NCBI GenBank assembly: GCA_026770705.1
Contig: JANJGN010000013.1
Span: 61,442,001 to 61,506,000 of the forward strand
Origin: Isurus oxyrinchus
Lineage: Eukaryota
Length of the DNA stretch: 64,000 bases
Direction of reading: 5' to 3'
How positions within the stretch are numbered: position 1 is the stretch's first letter; each line of letters opens with the position of its first letter. Below the pieces are notes generated by a model. It worked only from the letters and a program-made list of their open reading frames with translations, did no database searches and was not told the DNA's origin. Both the position numbers and the translations under genes were made by a program. Below, one piece after another: positions 26,481-40,846 of this stretch.

Positions 26481-27477
26481 TTAATTTTTCAAATGCTCTC
26501 GCCAGCTTACATTTCCTGCCAGCCTCTCCTGAAATTTGCACCTACCACGTTTTACCACTTCAACGCTATTTACGCCTCAATACAAACACAAGTTACGTCT
26601 CCACAACCATGTCCATCACACACAAAACTTTACATGTAATATGCCTCATGCATCAAATCGCACTTCTCACACAATCAAGACCCAAACTGCAAACACAGCA
26701 CTCTGACCAAATTGCATTTATACCTAGCTCCTTGCTGCATTCCACATTGCACTCTAGGACTGCATCTTTCAATGCCATGACGTACACTGCTTTTTCTCAA
26801 AACCAGGCCAACTGTTTCAAACAATGCCACTTCTTCTACACAAAAACAACTCACTTCAACTCCCTTACTTTGGTAAGTACTTGCAAGGAAATCAGTGTCT
26901 TTAACATTCCAACTCATCCCCGGATGTGAAGCACATTACTGACCAATGAGATGCCTTTGAATGCTGAGCCTTTCAGGTGGTAATATTCAGAGTATTAGCT
27001 TTGGCCAGGGGCACAGGGGCTACAAATTCCCTTCGTTCAATTCCAATATTGGGAGCTGCTGCTCGTTGACTGATCTTCAGCCATCGCAGGTCCATCACGT
27101 TAATGTCATGAAAATAAAGTCATGTGAATGAGATGCTGAAATGTCCGCTTGGAAGGATTATGTCTTACTGCTGTGTTTTTTGAAGGACTTGTGTTGCAAT
27201 GGCAACTGTGTTGCTTGCATTTGGTCAAACTGAATGCCAAAATGTGTCTCAAAAAATGATGTGTGCTGCAAGGTGGTAAAATGACTGTTGATGAATAAAA
27301 GCTGTGAGTCTAAAGATTGTTTATGGAGCAGGAAAGTAGAATTTTGTCACTGCCTGTTAAATCAAGCATGAGCAATTGATGGTTGTGCTTTGTCACTGCA
27401 CAAGAGACAACGGTGTGCTCCAGTTCAGTTAGTGTACAGAATTTGCAGCACACAAAAACAACATCAGACAACAACTT

Positions 27478-27596
27478 GTCAGGATGGCCGAGTGGTCTAA
27501 GGCGCCTGACTCAAGGAGTGTGATTCCTTTCCTTGCAACGGCTTGGTGAATTCTGGTCCCTTTCTAGGGGCGTGGGTTCAAATCCCACTCCTGACA
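27478..27596 (+). tRNA. tRNA-Leu-CAA: tRNA-Leu(CAA), class A with an anticodon-stem mismatch (A29>U)
   Basis: GGCGCCTGACTCAAG; otherwise canonical. Confidence 0.65.
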
Positions 27597-28582
27597 TTAA
27601 CTTTTCAAATGCTCTCGCCAGCTTACATTTCCTGCCAGCCTCTCCTGAAATTTGCTCCTGCCACTGTTTACCACTTCAACGCTATTTACGCCTCAATACA
27701 AACACAAGTTACGCCTCCACAACCATGTCCATCACACTCAAAACTTTACATGTTATATGCCTCATGCATCAAATCACACTTCTCACACAATCAAGACCCA
27801 AACTGCAAACACAGCACTCTGACCAAATTGCAGTTATACCTAGCTCCTTGCTGCATTCCACATTGCACTCTAGGACTGCATCGTTCAATGCCATGGGGTA
27901 CACTGCTGTTTCTCAAACCCAGGCCAACTGTTTCAAACAATGCCACTTCCTGCACACAAAAACAACTCACTTACTTTGGTAAGTACTTGCAAGGAAATCA
28001 GTGTCTATAACATTCCAACTCATCCCCAATGTGAAGCACATTACTGACCAATGAGATGCCTTTGAATGCTGGGCCTTTCAGGTGCTAATGTTCAGAGTAA
28101 CGCCATTGGCCAGGGGCACAGGGGCTGCAAATTCCGTTCGTTGAATTCCAATATTGGGAGCTGCTGCTCGTTGACTGATCTTCAGCCATCGCAGGTCCAT
28201 CACGTTAATGTCATGAAAAGAAAGTCATGTGAATGAGAGGCTGAAATGTCCGCTTTGAAGGATTATGTCTCACTGCTGTGTTTTTTGAAGGACTTGTGTT
28301 CCAATGGCAACTATGTTGCTTGCAGTTGGTCAAACTGAACGCCATAATGTGTCTCATAAAATGATGTGTGCTGCAAGGTGGTAAAACGGCTGTTGATGAA
28401 TAAGAGCTGTGAGTCTGAAGGTTGTCTGTGGAGCAGGAAAGGAGAATTTTGTCACTGCCTGTTAAATCAAGCATGAGCAATTGATGGTTGTGCTTTGTCA
28501 CTACACAAGAGGCAACGGTGTGCTCCAGTTCAGTTAGTGTACAGAATATGGAGCACATATCAACAAAATTAAACAACAACTT

Positions 28583-28701
28583 GTCAGGATAGCTAAGTGG
28601 TCTAAGGTACCGGACTCAAGGAATGTGATTCCTTTCCTTGCAATGGCTTGGTGAATTCTGATTCTTTTCTAGGGGTTTGGGTTCAAATCCTGCTACTGAC
28701 A
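28583..28701 (+). pseudogene. tRNA-Leu(CAA) pseudogene, class B
   Basis: Class B substitutions; T4 in variable arm. Confidence 0.85.
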
Positions 28702-29697
28702 TTAATTTTTCAAATGCTCTCGCCAGCTTACATTTCCTGCCAGCCTCTCCTGAAATTTGCGCCTGCCACATTTTACCGCTTCAACGCTATTTACGCCTCA
28801 ATACAAACACAAGTTACGTCTCCACAACCATGTCCTTCACACACAAAACTTTACATTTAATATGCCTCATGCATCAAATCGCACTTCTCACACAATCAAG
28901 ACCAAAACTGAAAACACAACACTCTGAGCAAATTGCATTTATACCTAGCTCCTTGCTGCATTCCACATTGCATTCTAGGACTGCATCGTTCAATGCCATG
29001 AGGTACACTGCTTTTTCTCAAACCCAGGCCAACTGTTTCAAACAATGCCACTTCCTGTACACAAAAACAACTCAGTTCAACTCCCTTACTTTGGTAAGTA
29101 CTAGCAAGGAAATCAGTGTCTTTAACATTCCAACTCATCCCCGGATGTGAAGCACATTACTGACCAATGAGATGCCTTTGAATGCTGGGCCTTTCAGGTG
29201 CTAATGTTCAGAGTAATGGCATTGGCCAGGGGCACAGGGGCTGCAAATTCCGTTCGTTAAATTCCAATATTGGGAGCTGCTGCTCATTGACTGATCTTCA
29301 GCCATCGCAGGTCCATCACGTTAATGTCATGAAAAGAAAGTCATGTGAATGAGAGGCTGAAATGTCCGCTTGGAAGGATTATGTCTTACTGCCATGTTTT
29401 TTGAAGGACTTGTGTTCCAATGGCAACTGTGTTGCTTGCATTTGGTCAAACTGAATGCCAAAATGTGTCTCAAAAAATGATGTGTGCTGCAAGGTGGAAA
29501 AATGACTGTTGATGAATAAAAGCTGTGAGTCTAAAGGTTGTTTATGCAGCAGGAAAGTAGAATTTTGTCACTGCCTGTTAAGTCAAGCATGAGCAATTGA
29601 TGGTTGTGCTTTGTCACTGCACAAGAGACAACGGTGTGCTTCAGTTCAGTTAGTGTACAGAATTTGCAGCACACATCAACCAATTAGTTAGCAACTT

Positions 29698-29816
29698 GTC
29701 AGGATGGCCCAGTGGTCTAAATCACCAAACTCAATAGTTGATTTTCTTTTCCTTGCAACAGCCTGGTGAATGCTCATCCCTTTCTCGGGGCGTGGGTTCA
29801 AATCCCACTCCTGACA
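29698..29816 (+). pseudogene. tRNA-Leu(CAA) pseudogene, class C
   Basis: Same variant as the 9633 copy. Confidence 0.85.
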
Positions 29817-30813
29817 ATGCTTTTTCAAATGCTCTCGCCAGCCTACATTTCCTGCCAGCCTCTCCTGAATTTTGCACCTACCACGTTTTACCACTTCAAC
29901 TCTATTTACGCCTCAATACAAACACAGGTGACGCCTCCACAACCATGTCCATCACACACAAAACTTTACATGTTATATGCCTCATGCATCAAATCACACT
30001 TCTCACACAATCAAGACCCAAACTGCAAACACAACACTCTGAGCAAACTGCATTTATACCTAGCTCCTTGCTGCATTCCACATTGTATTCTAGGACTGCA
30101 TCGTTCAATGCCATGGGGTACACTGCTGTTTCTCAAACACAGGCCAACTGTTTCAAACAATGCCACTTCTTCTACACAAAAACAACTCAGTTCAAGTCCC
30201 TTACTTTGGTAAGTACTAGCAAGGAAATCAGTGTCTTTCACATTCCAACTCATCCCCGGATGTGAAGCACATTACTGACCAATGAGATGAGTTTGAATGC
30301 TGGGCCTTTCAGGTGCTAATGTTCAGATTAATGCCATTGGCCAGGGGCACAGGGGCTGCAAATTCCCATCATTCAATTCCAATATTGGGAGCTGCTGCTC
30401 ATTGACTGGTCTTCAGCCATCGCAGGTCCATCACGTTAATGTCATGAAAAGAAAGTCATGTGAATGAGAGGCTGAAATGTCCGCTTTGAAGGATTATGTC
30501 TCACTGCTGTGTTTTTTGAAGGACTTGTGTTCCAATGGCAACTATGTTGCTTGCAGTTGGTCAAACTGAACGCCATAATGTGTCTCATAAAATGATGTGT
30601 GCTGCAAGGTGGTAAAACGGCTGTTGATGAATAAGAGCTGTGAGTCTGAAGGTTGTCTGTGGAGCAGGAAAGGAGAATTTTGTCACTGCCTGTTAAATCA
30701 AGCATGATCAATTGATGGTTGTGCTTTGTCACTACACAAGAGACAACGGTGTGCTCCAGTTCAGTTAGTGTACAGAATATGGAGCACATATCAACAAAAT
30801 TAAACAACAACTT

Positions 30814-30932
30814 GTCAGGATAGCTAAGTGGTCTAAGGTACCGGACTCAAGGAATGTGATTCCTTTCCTTGCAATGGCTTGGTGAATTCTGATTCTTTTC
30901 TAGGGGTGTGGGTTCAAATCCTGCTACTGACA
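30814..30932 (+). pseudogene. tRNA-Leu(CAA) pseudogene, class B
   Basis: Same variant as the 10749 copy. Confidence 0.85.
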
Positions 30933-31929
30933 TTAATTTTTCAAATGCTCTCGCCAGCTTACATTTCCTGCCAGCCTCTCCTGAAATTTGCGCCTGCCAC
31001 ATTTTACCGCTTCAACGCTATTTACGCCTCAATACAAACACAAGTTACGTCTCCACAACCATGTCCATCACACACAAAACTTTACATTTAATATGCCTCA
31101 TGCATCAAATCGCACTTCTCACACAATCAAGACCAAAACTGCAAACACACCACTCTGAGCAAATTGCATTTATACCTAGCTCCTTGCTGCATTCCACATT
31201 GCATTCTAGGACTGCATCGTTCAATGCCATGAGGTACACTGCTTTTTCTCAAACCCAGGCCAACTGTTTCAAACAATGCCACTTCCTGTACACAAAAACA
31301 ACTCAGTTCAACTCCCTTACTTTGGTAAGTACTAGCAAGGAAATCAGTGTCTTTAACATTCCAACTCATCCCCGGATGTGAAGCACATTACTGACCAATG
31401 AGATGCCTTTGAATGCTGGGCCTTTCAAGTGCTAATGTTCAGAGTAATGACATTGGCCAGGGGCACAGGGGCTGCAAATTCCGTTCGTTCAATTCCAATA
31501 TTGGGAGCTGCTGCTCATTGACTGATCTTCAGCCATCGCAGGTCCATCACGTTAATGTCATGAAAAGAAAGTCATGTGAATGAGAGGCTGAAATGTCCGC
31601 TTGGAAGGATTATGTCTTACTGCCGTGTTTTTTGAAGGACTTGTGTTCCAATGGCAACTGTGTTGCTTGCATTTGGTCAAACTGAATGCCAAAATGTGTC
31701 TCAAAAAATGATGTGTGCTGCAAGGTGGTAAAATGACTGTTGATGAATAAAAGCTGTGAGTCTGAAGGTTGTCTGTGGAGCAGGAAAGTAGAATTTTGTC
31801 ACTGCCTGTTAAATCAAGCACGAGCAATTGATGGTTGTGCTTTGTCACTGCACAAGAGACAACGGTGTGCTCCAGTTCAGTTAGTGTACAGAATATGGAG
31901 CACACAACAACAACATCAAACAACAACTT

Positions 31930-32048
31930 GTCAGGATGGCCGAGTGGTCTAAGGCGCCAGACTCAAGGAGTGTGATTCCTTTCCTTGCAACGGCTTGGTG
32001 AATTCTGGTCCCTTTCTAGGGGCGTGGGTTCAAATCCCACTCCTGACA
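31930..32048 (+). tRNA. tRNA-Leu-CAA: tRNA-Leu(CAA), intact exons; no T4 until 32359
   Basis: Exons identical to the 2943 copy; trailer TTAACTTTAC. Confidence 0.93.
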
Positions 32049-33044
32049 TTAACTTTACAAATGCTCTCGCCAGCTTACATTTCCTGCCAGCCTCTCCTGA
32101 AATTTGCTCCTGCAGTACTTTACCACTTCAACGCTATTTACGCCTCAATACAAACAGAAGTTACGCCTCCACAACCATGTCCATCACACACAAAACTTTA
32201 CATGTCATATGCCTCATGCATCAAATCACACTTCTCACACAATCAAGACCCAAACTGCAAACACACCACTCTGAGCAAATTGCATTTATACCTAGCTCCT
32301 TGCTGCATTCCACATTGCACTCTAGGACTGCATCTTTCAATGCCATGACGTACACTGCTTTTTCTCAAAATCAGGCCAACTGTTTCAAACAATGCCACTT
32401 CTTCAACACAAAAACAACTCACTTCAACTCCCTTACTTTGGTAAGTACTAGCAAGGAAATCAGTGTCTTTAACATTCCAACTCATCCCCGGATGTGAAGC
32501 ACATTACTGACCAATGAGATGCCTTTGAATGCTGAGCCTTTCAGGTGGTAATATTCAGAGTATTAGCTTTGGCCAGGGGCACAGGGGCTGCAAATTCCCT
32601 TCATTCAATTCCAATGTTGGGAGCTGCTGCTCGTTGACTGAGCTGTAGCCGTCGCAGGTCCATCACATTAATGTCATGAAAAGAAGTCATGTGAATGAGA
32701 GGCTGAAATGTCCGCTTTGAAGGAGTATGTCTTAATGCCGTGTTTTTTGAAGGACTTGTGTCGCAATGGCAACTGTATTGCTTGTGTTTGGTCAAGCTGG
32801 ACGCCAAAATGTGTCTCAGAAAATGATGCGTGCTGCAAGGTGGTAAAACGGCTGTTGATGAATGACAGCTGTGAGTCTGAAGGCTGTGTGTGGAGCAGGA
32901 AAGTAGAATTTTGTCACTGCCTGTTAAATCAAGCACGAGCAATTGATGGTTGTGCTTTGTCACTGCACAAGAGACAACGGTGTGCTCCAGTTCAGTTAGT
33001 GTACAGAATATGGAGCACACAACAACAACATCAAACAACAACTT

Positions 33045-33163
33045 GTCAGGATGGCCGAGTGGTCTAAGGCACCAGACTCAAGGAGTGTGATTCCTTTCCT
33101 TGCAACGGCTTGGTGAATTCTGGTCCTTTTCTAGGGGCGTGGGTTCAAATCCCACTCCTGACA
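33045..33163 (+). tRNA. tRNA-Leu-CAA: tRNA-Leu(CAA), class A, probably impaired (internal T4 in variable arm, G26>A)
   Basis: TGGTCCTTTTCTAGGGG. Confidence 0.6.
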
Positions 33164-34159
33164 TTAACTTTTCAAATGCTCTCGCCAGCTTACATTTCCT
33201 GCCAGCCTCTCCTGAAATTTGCTCCTGCCACTTTTTACCACTTCAACGCTATTTACGCCTCAATACAAACACAATTTACGCCTCCACAACCATGTCCATC
33301 ACACTCAAAACTTTACATGTAATATGCCTCATGCATCAAATCACACTTCTCACACAATCAAGACCCAAACTGCAAACACACCACTCTGAGCAAACTACAT
33401 TTATACCTAGCTCCTTGCTGCATTCCACATTGTATTCTAGGACTGCATCGTTCAATGCCATGGGGTACACTGCTGTTTCTCAAACCCAGGCCAACTGTTT
33501 CGAACAATGCCACTTCCTGTACACAAAAACAACTCACTTCAACTCCCTTAATTTGGTAAGTACTTGCAAGGAAATCAGTGTCTTTAACATTCCAATTCAT
33601 CCCCGGATGTGAAGCACATTACTGACCAATGAGATGAGTTTGAATGCTGGGCCTTTCAGGTGGTAATGTTCAGATTAATGCCATTGGCCAGGGGCACAGG
33701 GGCTGCAAATTCCCTTCATTCAATTCCAATATTGGGAGCTGCTGCTCATTGACTGGTCTTCAGCCGTTGCAGGTCGATCACGTTAATGTCATGAAAAGAA
33801 AGTCATGTGAATGAGAGGCTGAAATGTCCGCTTTGAAGGATTATGTCTCACTGCTGTGTTTTTTGAAGGATTGTGTTCCAATGGCAACTGTGTTGCTTGC
33901 AGTTGGTCAAACTGAACGCCATAATGTGTCTCATAAAATGATGTGTGCTGCAAGGTGGTAAAACGGCTGTTGATGAATAAAAGCTGTGAGTCTGAATGTT
34001 GTTTGTGGAGCAGGAAAGGAGAATTTTGTCACTGCCTGTTAAATCAAGCATGAGCAATTGATGGTTGTGCTTTGTCACTGCACAAGAGACAACGGTGTGC
34101 TCCAGTTCAGTTAGTGTACAGAATATGGAGCACATATCAACAAAATTAAACAACAACTT

Positions 34160-34278
34160 GTCAGGATAGCTAAGTGGTCTAAGGTAACAGAATCAAGGAA
34201 TGTGATTCCTTTCCTTGCAATGGCTTGGTGAATTCTGATTCTTTTCTAGGGGTGTGGGTTCAAATCCCACTCCTGACA
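34160..34278 (+). pseudogene. tRNA-Leu(CAA) pseudogene, class B
   Basis: Same variant as the 16326 copy. Confidence 0.85.
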
Positions 34279-35274
34279 TTAATTTTTCAAATGCTCTCGC
34301 CAGCTTACATTTCCTGCCAGCCTCTCCTGAAATTTGCACCTACCACGTTTTACCACTTCAACGCTATTTACGCCTCAATACAAACACAAGTTACGTCTCC
34401 ACAACCATGTCCATCACACACAAAACTTTACATGTAATATGCCTCATGCATCAAATCGCACTTCTCACACAATCAAGACCCAAACTGCAAACACAGCACT
34501 CTGACCAAATTGCATTTATACCTAGCTCCTTGCTGCATTCCACATTGCACTCTAGGACTGCATCTTTCAATGCCATGACGTACACTGCTTTTTCTCAAAA
34601 CCAGGCCAACTGTTTCAAACAATGCCACTTCTTCTACACAAAAACAACTCACTTCAACTCCCTTACTTTGGTAAGTACTTGCAAGGAAATCAGTGTCTTT
34701 AACATTCCAACTCATCCCCGGATGTGAAGCACATTACTGACCAATGAGATGCCTTTGAATGCTGAGCCTTTCAGGTGGTAATATTCAGAGTATTAGCTTT
34801 GGCCAGGGGCACAGGGGCTACAAATTCCCTTCGTTCAATTCCAATATTGGGAGCTGCTGCTCGTTGACTGAGCTGTAGCCGTCGCAGGTCCATCACATTA
34901 ATGTCATGAAAAGAAGTCATGTGAATGAGAGGCTGAAATGTCCGCTTTGAAGGAGTATGTCTTAATGCCGTGTTTTTTGAAGGACTTGTGTCGCAATGGC
35001 AACTGTATTGCTTGTGTTTGGTCAAGCTGGACGCCATAATGTGTCTCAGAAAATGATGTGTGCTGCAAGGTGGTAAAACGGCTGTTGATGAATAAAAGCT
35101 GTGAGTCTGAATGTTGTTTGTGGAGCAGGAAAGGAGAATTTTGTCACTGCCTGTTAAATCAAGCATGAGCAATTGATGGTTGTGCTTTGTCACTGCACAA
35201 GAGACAACGGTGTGCTCCAGTTCAGTTAGTGTACAGAATATGGAGCACATATCAACAGAATTAAACAACAACTT

Positions 35275-35393
35275 GTCAGGATAGCTAAGTGGGCTAAGGT
35301 AACAAACTCAAGGAATGTGATTCCTTTCCTTGCAATGGCTTGGTGAATTCTGATTCTTTTCTAGGGGTGTGGGTTAAAATCCTGCTACTGAGA
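35275..35393 (+). pseudogene. tRNA-Leu(CAA) pseudogene, class B, B box mutated
   Basis: GGTTAAAATCC; ends in CTGAGA. Confidence 0.88.
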
Positions 35394-36389
35394 TTAATTT
35401 TTCAAATGCTCTCGCCAGCTTACATTTCCTGCCAGCCTCTCCTGAAATTTGCGCCTGCCACATTTTACCGCTTCAACGCTATTTACGCCTCAATACAAAC
35501 ACAAGTTACGTCTCCACAACCATGTCCATCACACACAAAACTGTACATGTAATATGCCTCATGCATCAAATCGCACTTCTCACACAATCAAGACCCAAAC
35601 TGCAAACACAACACTCTGAGCAAATTGCATTTATACCTAGCTCCTTGCTGCATTCCACATTGTATTCTAGGACTGCATCGTTCAATGCCATGACGTACAC
35701 TGCTTTTTCTCAAAACCAGGCCAACTGTTTCAAACAATCACACTTCTTCTACACAAAAACAACTCACTTCAACTCCCTTACTTTGGTAAGTACTAGCAAG
35801 GAAATCAGTGTCTTTAACATTCCAACTCATCCCCGGATGTGAAGCACATTACTGACCAATGAGATGCCTTTGAATGCTGAGCCTTTCAGGTGGTAATATT
35901 CAGAGTATTAGCTTTGGCCAGGGGCACAGGGGCTACAAATTCCCTTCGTTCAATTCCAATATTGGGAGCTGCTGCTCGTTGGGTGATCTGTAGCCGTCGC
36001 AGGTCCATCACATTAATGTCATGAAAAGAAGTCATGTGAATGAGAGGCTGAAATGTCCGCTTTGAAGGAGTATGTCTTAATGCCGTGTTTTTTGAAGGAC
36101 TTGTGTCGCAATGGCAACTGTATTGCTTGTGTTTGGTCAAGCTGGACGCCAAAATGTGTCTCAGAAAATGATGCGTGCTGCAAGGTGGTAAAACGGCTGT
36201 TGATGAATGACAGCTGTGAGTCTGAAGGCTGTGTGTGGACCAGGAAAGTAGAATTTTGTCACTGCCTGTTAAATCAAGCACGACCAATTGATGGTTGTGC
36301 TTTGTCACTGCACAAGAGACAACGGTGTGCTCCAGTTCAGTTAGTGTACAGAATATGGAGCACACAACAAAAACATCAAAAAACAACTT

Positions 36390-36508
36390 GTCAGGATGGC
36401 CGAGTGGTCTAAGGCGCCAGACTCAAGGAGTGTGATTCCTTTCCTTGCAACGGCTTGGTGAATTCTGGTCCCTTTCTAGGGGCGTGGGTTCAAATCCCAC
36501 TCCTGACA
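36390..36508 (+). tRNA. tRNA-Leu-CAA: tRNA-Leu(CAA), intron-containing, intact
   Basis: Exons identical to the 2943 copy; TTTT terminator. Confidence 0.95.
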
Positions 36509-37504
36509 TTAACTTTTCAAATGCTCTCGCCAGCTTACATTTCCTGCCAGCCTCTCCTGAAATTTGCACCTACCACGTTTTACCACTTCAACGCTATTTA
36601 CGCCTCAATACAAACACAAGTTACGTCTCCACAACCATGTCCATCACACACAAAACTTTACATGTAATATGCCTCATGCATCAAATCGCACTTCTCACAC
36701 AATCAAGACCCAAACTGCAAACACAGCACTCTGACCAAATTGCATTTATACCTAGCTCCTTGCTGCATTCCACATTGCACTCTAGGACTGCATCTTTCAA
36801 TGCCATGACGTACACTGCTTTTTCTCAAAACCAGGCCAACTGTTTCAAACAATGCCACTTCTTCTACACAAAAACAACTCACTTCAACTCCCTTACTTTG
36901 GTAAGTACTTGCAAGGAAATCAGTGTCTTTAACATTCCAACTCATCCCCGGATGTGAAGCACATTACTGACCAATGAGATGCCTTTGAATGCTGAGCCTT
37001 TCAGGTGGTAATATTCAGAGTATTAGCTTTGGCCAGGGGCACAGGGGCTACAAATTCCCTTCGTTCAATTCCAATATTGGGAGCTGCTGCTCGTTGACTG
37101 AGCTGTAGCCGTCGCAGGTCCATCACATTAATGTCATGAAAAGAAGTCATGTGAATGAGAGGCTGAAATGTCCGCTTTGAAGGAGTATGTCTTAATGCCG
37201 TGTTTTTTGAAGGACTTGTGTCGCAATGGCAACTGTATTGCTTGTGTTTGGTCAAGCTGGACGCCATAATGTGTCTCAGAAAATGATGTGTGCTGCAAGG
37301 TGGTAAAACGGCTGTTGATGAATAAAAGCTGTGAGTCTGAATGTTGTTTGTGGAGCAGGAAAGGAGAATTTTGTCACTGCCTGTTAAATCAAGCATGAGC
37401 AATTGATGGTTGTGCTTTGTCACTGCACAAGAGACAACGGTGTGCTCCAGTTCAGTTAGTGTACAGAATATGGAGCACATATCAACAAAATTAAACAGCA
37501 ACTT

Positions 37505-37623
37505 GTCAGGATAGCTAAGTGGTCTAAGGTAACAGACTCAAGGAATGTGATTCCTTTCCTTGCAATGGCTTGGTGAATTCTGATTCTTTTCTAGGGGTGT
37601 GGGTTCAAATCCCACTCCTGACA
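37505..37623 (+). pseudogene. tRNA-Leu(CAA) pseudogene, class B
   Basis: Same variant as the 20787 copy. Confidence 0.85.
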
Positions 37624-38619
37624 TTAATTTTTCAAATGCTCTCGCCAGCTTACATTTCCTGCCAGCCTCTCCTGAAATTTGCACCTACCACGTTTTACCA
37701 CTTCAACGCTATTTACGCCTCAATACAAACACAAGTTACGTCTCCACAACCATGTCCATCACACACAAAACTTTACATGTAATATGCCTCATGCATCAAA
37801 TCGCACTTCTCACACAATCAAGACCCAAACTGCAAACACAGCACTCTGACCAAATTGCATTTATACCTAGCTCCTTGCTGCATTCCACATTGCACTCTAG
37901 GACTGCATCTTTCAATGCCATGACGTACACTGCTTTTTCTCAAAACCAGGCCAACTGTTTCAAACAATGCCACTTCTTCTACACAAAAACAACTCACTTC
38001 AACTCCCTTACTTTGGTAAGTACTTGCAAGGAAATCAGTGTCTTTAACATTCCAACTCATCCCCGGATGTGAAGCACATTACTGACCAATGAGATGCCTT
38101 TGAATGCTGAGCCTTTCAGGTGGTAATATTCAGAGTATTAGCTTTGGCCAGGGGCACAGGGGCTACAAATTCCCTTCGTTCAATTCCAATATTGGGAGCT
38201 GCTGCTCGTTGACTGAGCTGTAGCCGTCGCAGGTCCATCACATTAATGTCATGAAAAGAAGTCATGTGAATGAGAGGCTGAAATGTCCGCTTTGAAGGAG
38301 TATGTCTTAATGCCGTGTTTTTTGAAGGACTTGTGTCGCAATGGCAACTGTATTGCTTGTGTTTGGTCAAGCTGGACGCCAAAATGTGTCTCAGAAAATG
38401 ATGCGTGCTGCAAGGTGGTAAAACGGCTGTTGATGAATGACAGCTGTGAGTCTGAAGGCTGTGTGTGGAGCAGGAAAGTAGAATTTTGTCACTGCCTGTT
38501 AAATCAAGCACGAGCAATTGATGGTTGTGCTTTGTCACTGCACAAGAGACAACGGTGTGCTCCAGTTCAGTTAGTGTACAGAATATGGAGCACACAACAA
38601 CAACATCAAAAAACAACTT

Positions 38620-38738
38620 GTCAGGATGGCCGAGTGGTCTAAGGCGCCAGACTCAAGGAGTGTGATTCCTTTCCTTGCAACGGCTTGGTGAATTCTGGTC
38701 CCTTTCTAGGGGCGTGGGTTCAAATCCCACTCCTGACA
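38620..38738 (+). tRNA. tRNA-Leu-CAA: tRNA-Leu(CAA), intron-containing, intact
   Basis: Exons identical to the 2943 copy; TTTT terminator. Confidence 0.95.
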
Positions 38739-39733
38739 TTAACTTTTCAAATGCTCTCGCCAGCTTACATTTCCTGCCAGCCTCTCCTGAAATTTGCACC
38801 TACCACGTTTTACCACTTCAACGCTATTTACGCCTCAATACAAACACAAGTTACGTCTCCACAACCATGTCCATCACACACAAAACTTTACATGTAATAT
38901 GCCTCATGCATCAAATCGCACTTCTCACACAATCAAGACCCAAACTGCAAACACAGCACTCTGACCAAATTGCATTTATACCTAGCTCCTTGCTGCATTC
39001 CACATTGCACTCTAGGACTGCATCTTTCAATGCCATGACGTACACTGCTTTTTCTCAAAACCAGGCCAACTGTTTCAAACAATGCCACTTCTTCTACACA
39101 AAAACAACTCACTTCAACTCCCTTACTTTGGTAAGTACTTGCAAGGAAATCAGTGTCTTTAACATTCCAACTCATCCCCAATGTGAAGCACATTACTGAC
39201 CAATGAGATGCCTTTGAATGCTGGGCCTTTCAGGTGCTAATGTTCAGAGTAACGCCATTGGCCAGGGGCACAGGGGCTGCAAATTCCGTTCGTTCAATTC
39301 CAATATTGGGAGCTGCTGCTCGTTGACTGATCTTCAGCCATCGCAGGTCCATCACGTTAATGTCATGAAAATAAAGTCATGTGAATGAGATGCTGAAATG
39401 TCCGCTTGGAAGGATTATGTCTTACTGCCGTGTTTGTTGAAGGACTTGTGTTCCAATGGCAACTGTGTTGCTTGCATTTGGTCAAACTGAATGCCAAAAT
39501 GTGTCTCAAAAAATGATGTGTGCTGCAAGGTGGTAAAATGACTGTTGATGAATAAAAGCTGTGAGTCTAAAGGTTGTTTATGGAGCAGGAAAGTAGAATT
39601 TTGTCACTGCCTGTTAAATCAAGCACGAGCAATTGATGGTTGTGCTTTGTCACTGCACAAGAGACAACGGTGTGCTCCAGTTCAGTTAGTGTACAGAATT
39701 TGCAGCACACATCAACCAATTAAATAGCAACTT

Positions 39734-39852
39734 GTCAGGATGGCCCAGTGGTTTAAGTCGCTCAACTCAAGAGTTAACTTTCTTTTCCTTGCAACAGCCT
39801 GGTGAATGCTCATCCCTTTCTAGGGGCGTGGGTTCAAATCCCCCTCCTGACA
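39734..39852 (+). pseudogene. tRNA-Leu(CAA) pseudogene, class C
   Basis: Class C substitutions; intronic T4. Confidence 0.85.
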
Positions 39853-40846
39853 ATGCTTTTTCAAATGCTCTCGCCAGCCTACATTTCCTGCCAGCCTCTC
39901 CTGAATTTTGTACCTACCACGTTTTACCACTTCAACTCTATTTACGCCTCAATACAAACACAGGTGACGCCTCCACAACCATGTCCATCACACACAAAAC
40001 TTTACATGTTATATGCCTCATGCATCAAATCACACTTCTCACGCAATCAAGACCCAAACTGCAAACACAACACTCTGAGCAAACTGCATTTATACCTAGC
40101 TCCTTGCTGCATTCCACATTGCATTCTAGGACTGCATCTTTCAATGCCATGGCGTACACTGCTTTTTCTCAAAATCAGGCCAACAGTTTCGAACAATGCC
40201 ACTTCTACACAAAAACAACTCACTTCAACTCCCTTACTTTGGTAAGTACTTGCAAGGAAATCAGTGTCTTTAACATTCCAACTCATCCCCGGATGTGAAG
40301 CACATTACTGACCAATGAAATGAGTTTGAATGCTGGGCCTTTCAGGTGGTAATGTTCAGATTAATGCCATTGGCCAGGGGCACAGGGGCTGCAAATTCCC
40401 TTCATTCAATTCCAATATTGGGAGCTGCTGCTCATTGACTGGTCTTCAGCCGTTGCAGGTCCATCACGTTAATGTCATGAAAAGAAAGTCATGTGAATGA
40501 GAGGCTGAAATGTCCGCTTTGAAGGATTATGTCTCACTGCTGTGTTTTTTGAAGGACTTGTGTTCCAATGGCAACTGTGTTGCTTGCAGTTGGTCAAACT
40601 GAACGCCATAATGTGTCTCATAAAATGATGTGTGCTGCAAGGTGGTAAAACGGCTGTTGATGAATAAAAGCTGTGAGTCTGAAGGTTGTTTGTGGAGCAG
40701 GAAAGGAGAATTTTGTCACTGCCTGTTAAATCAAGCATGAGCAATTGATGGTTGTGCTTTGTCACTGCACAAGAGACAACGGTGTGCTCCAGTTCAGTTA
40801 GTGTACAGAATATGGAGCACATATCAACAGAATTAAACAACAACTT

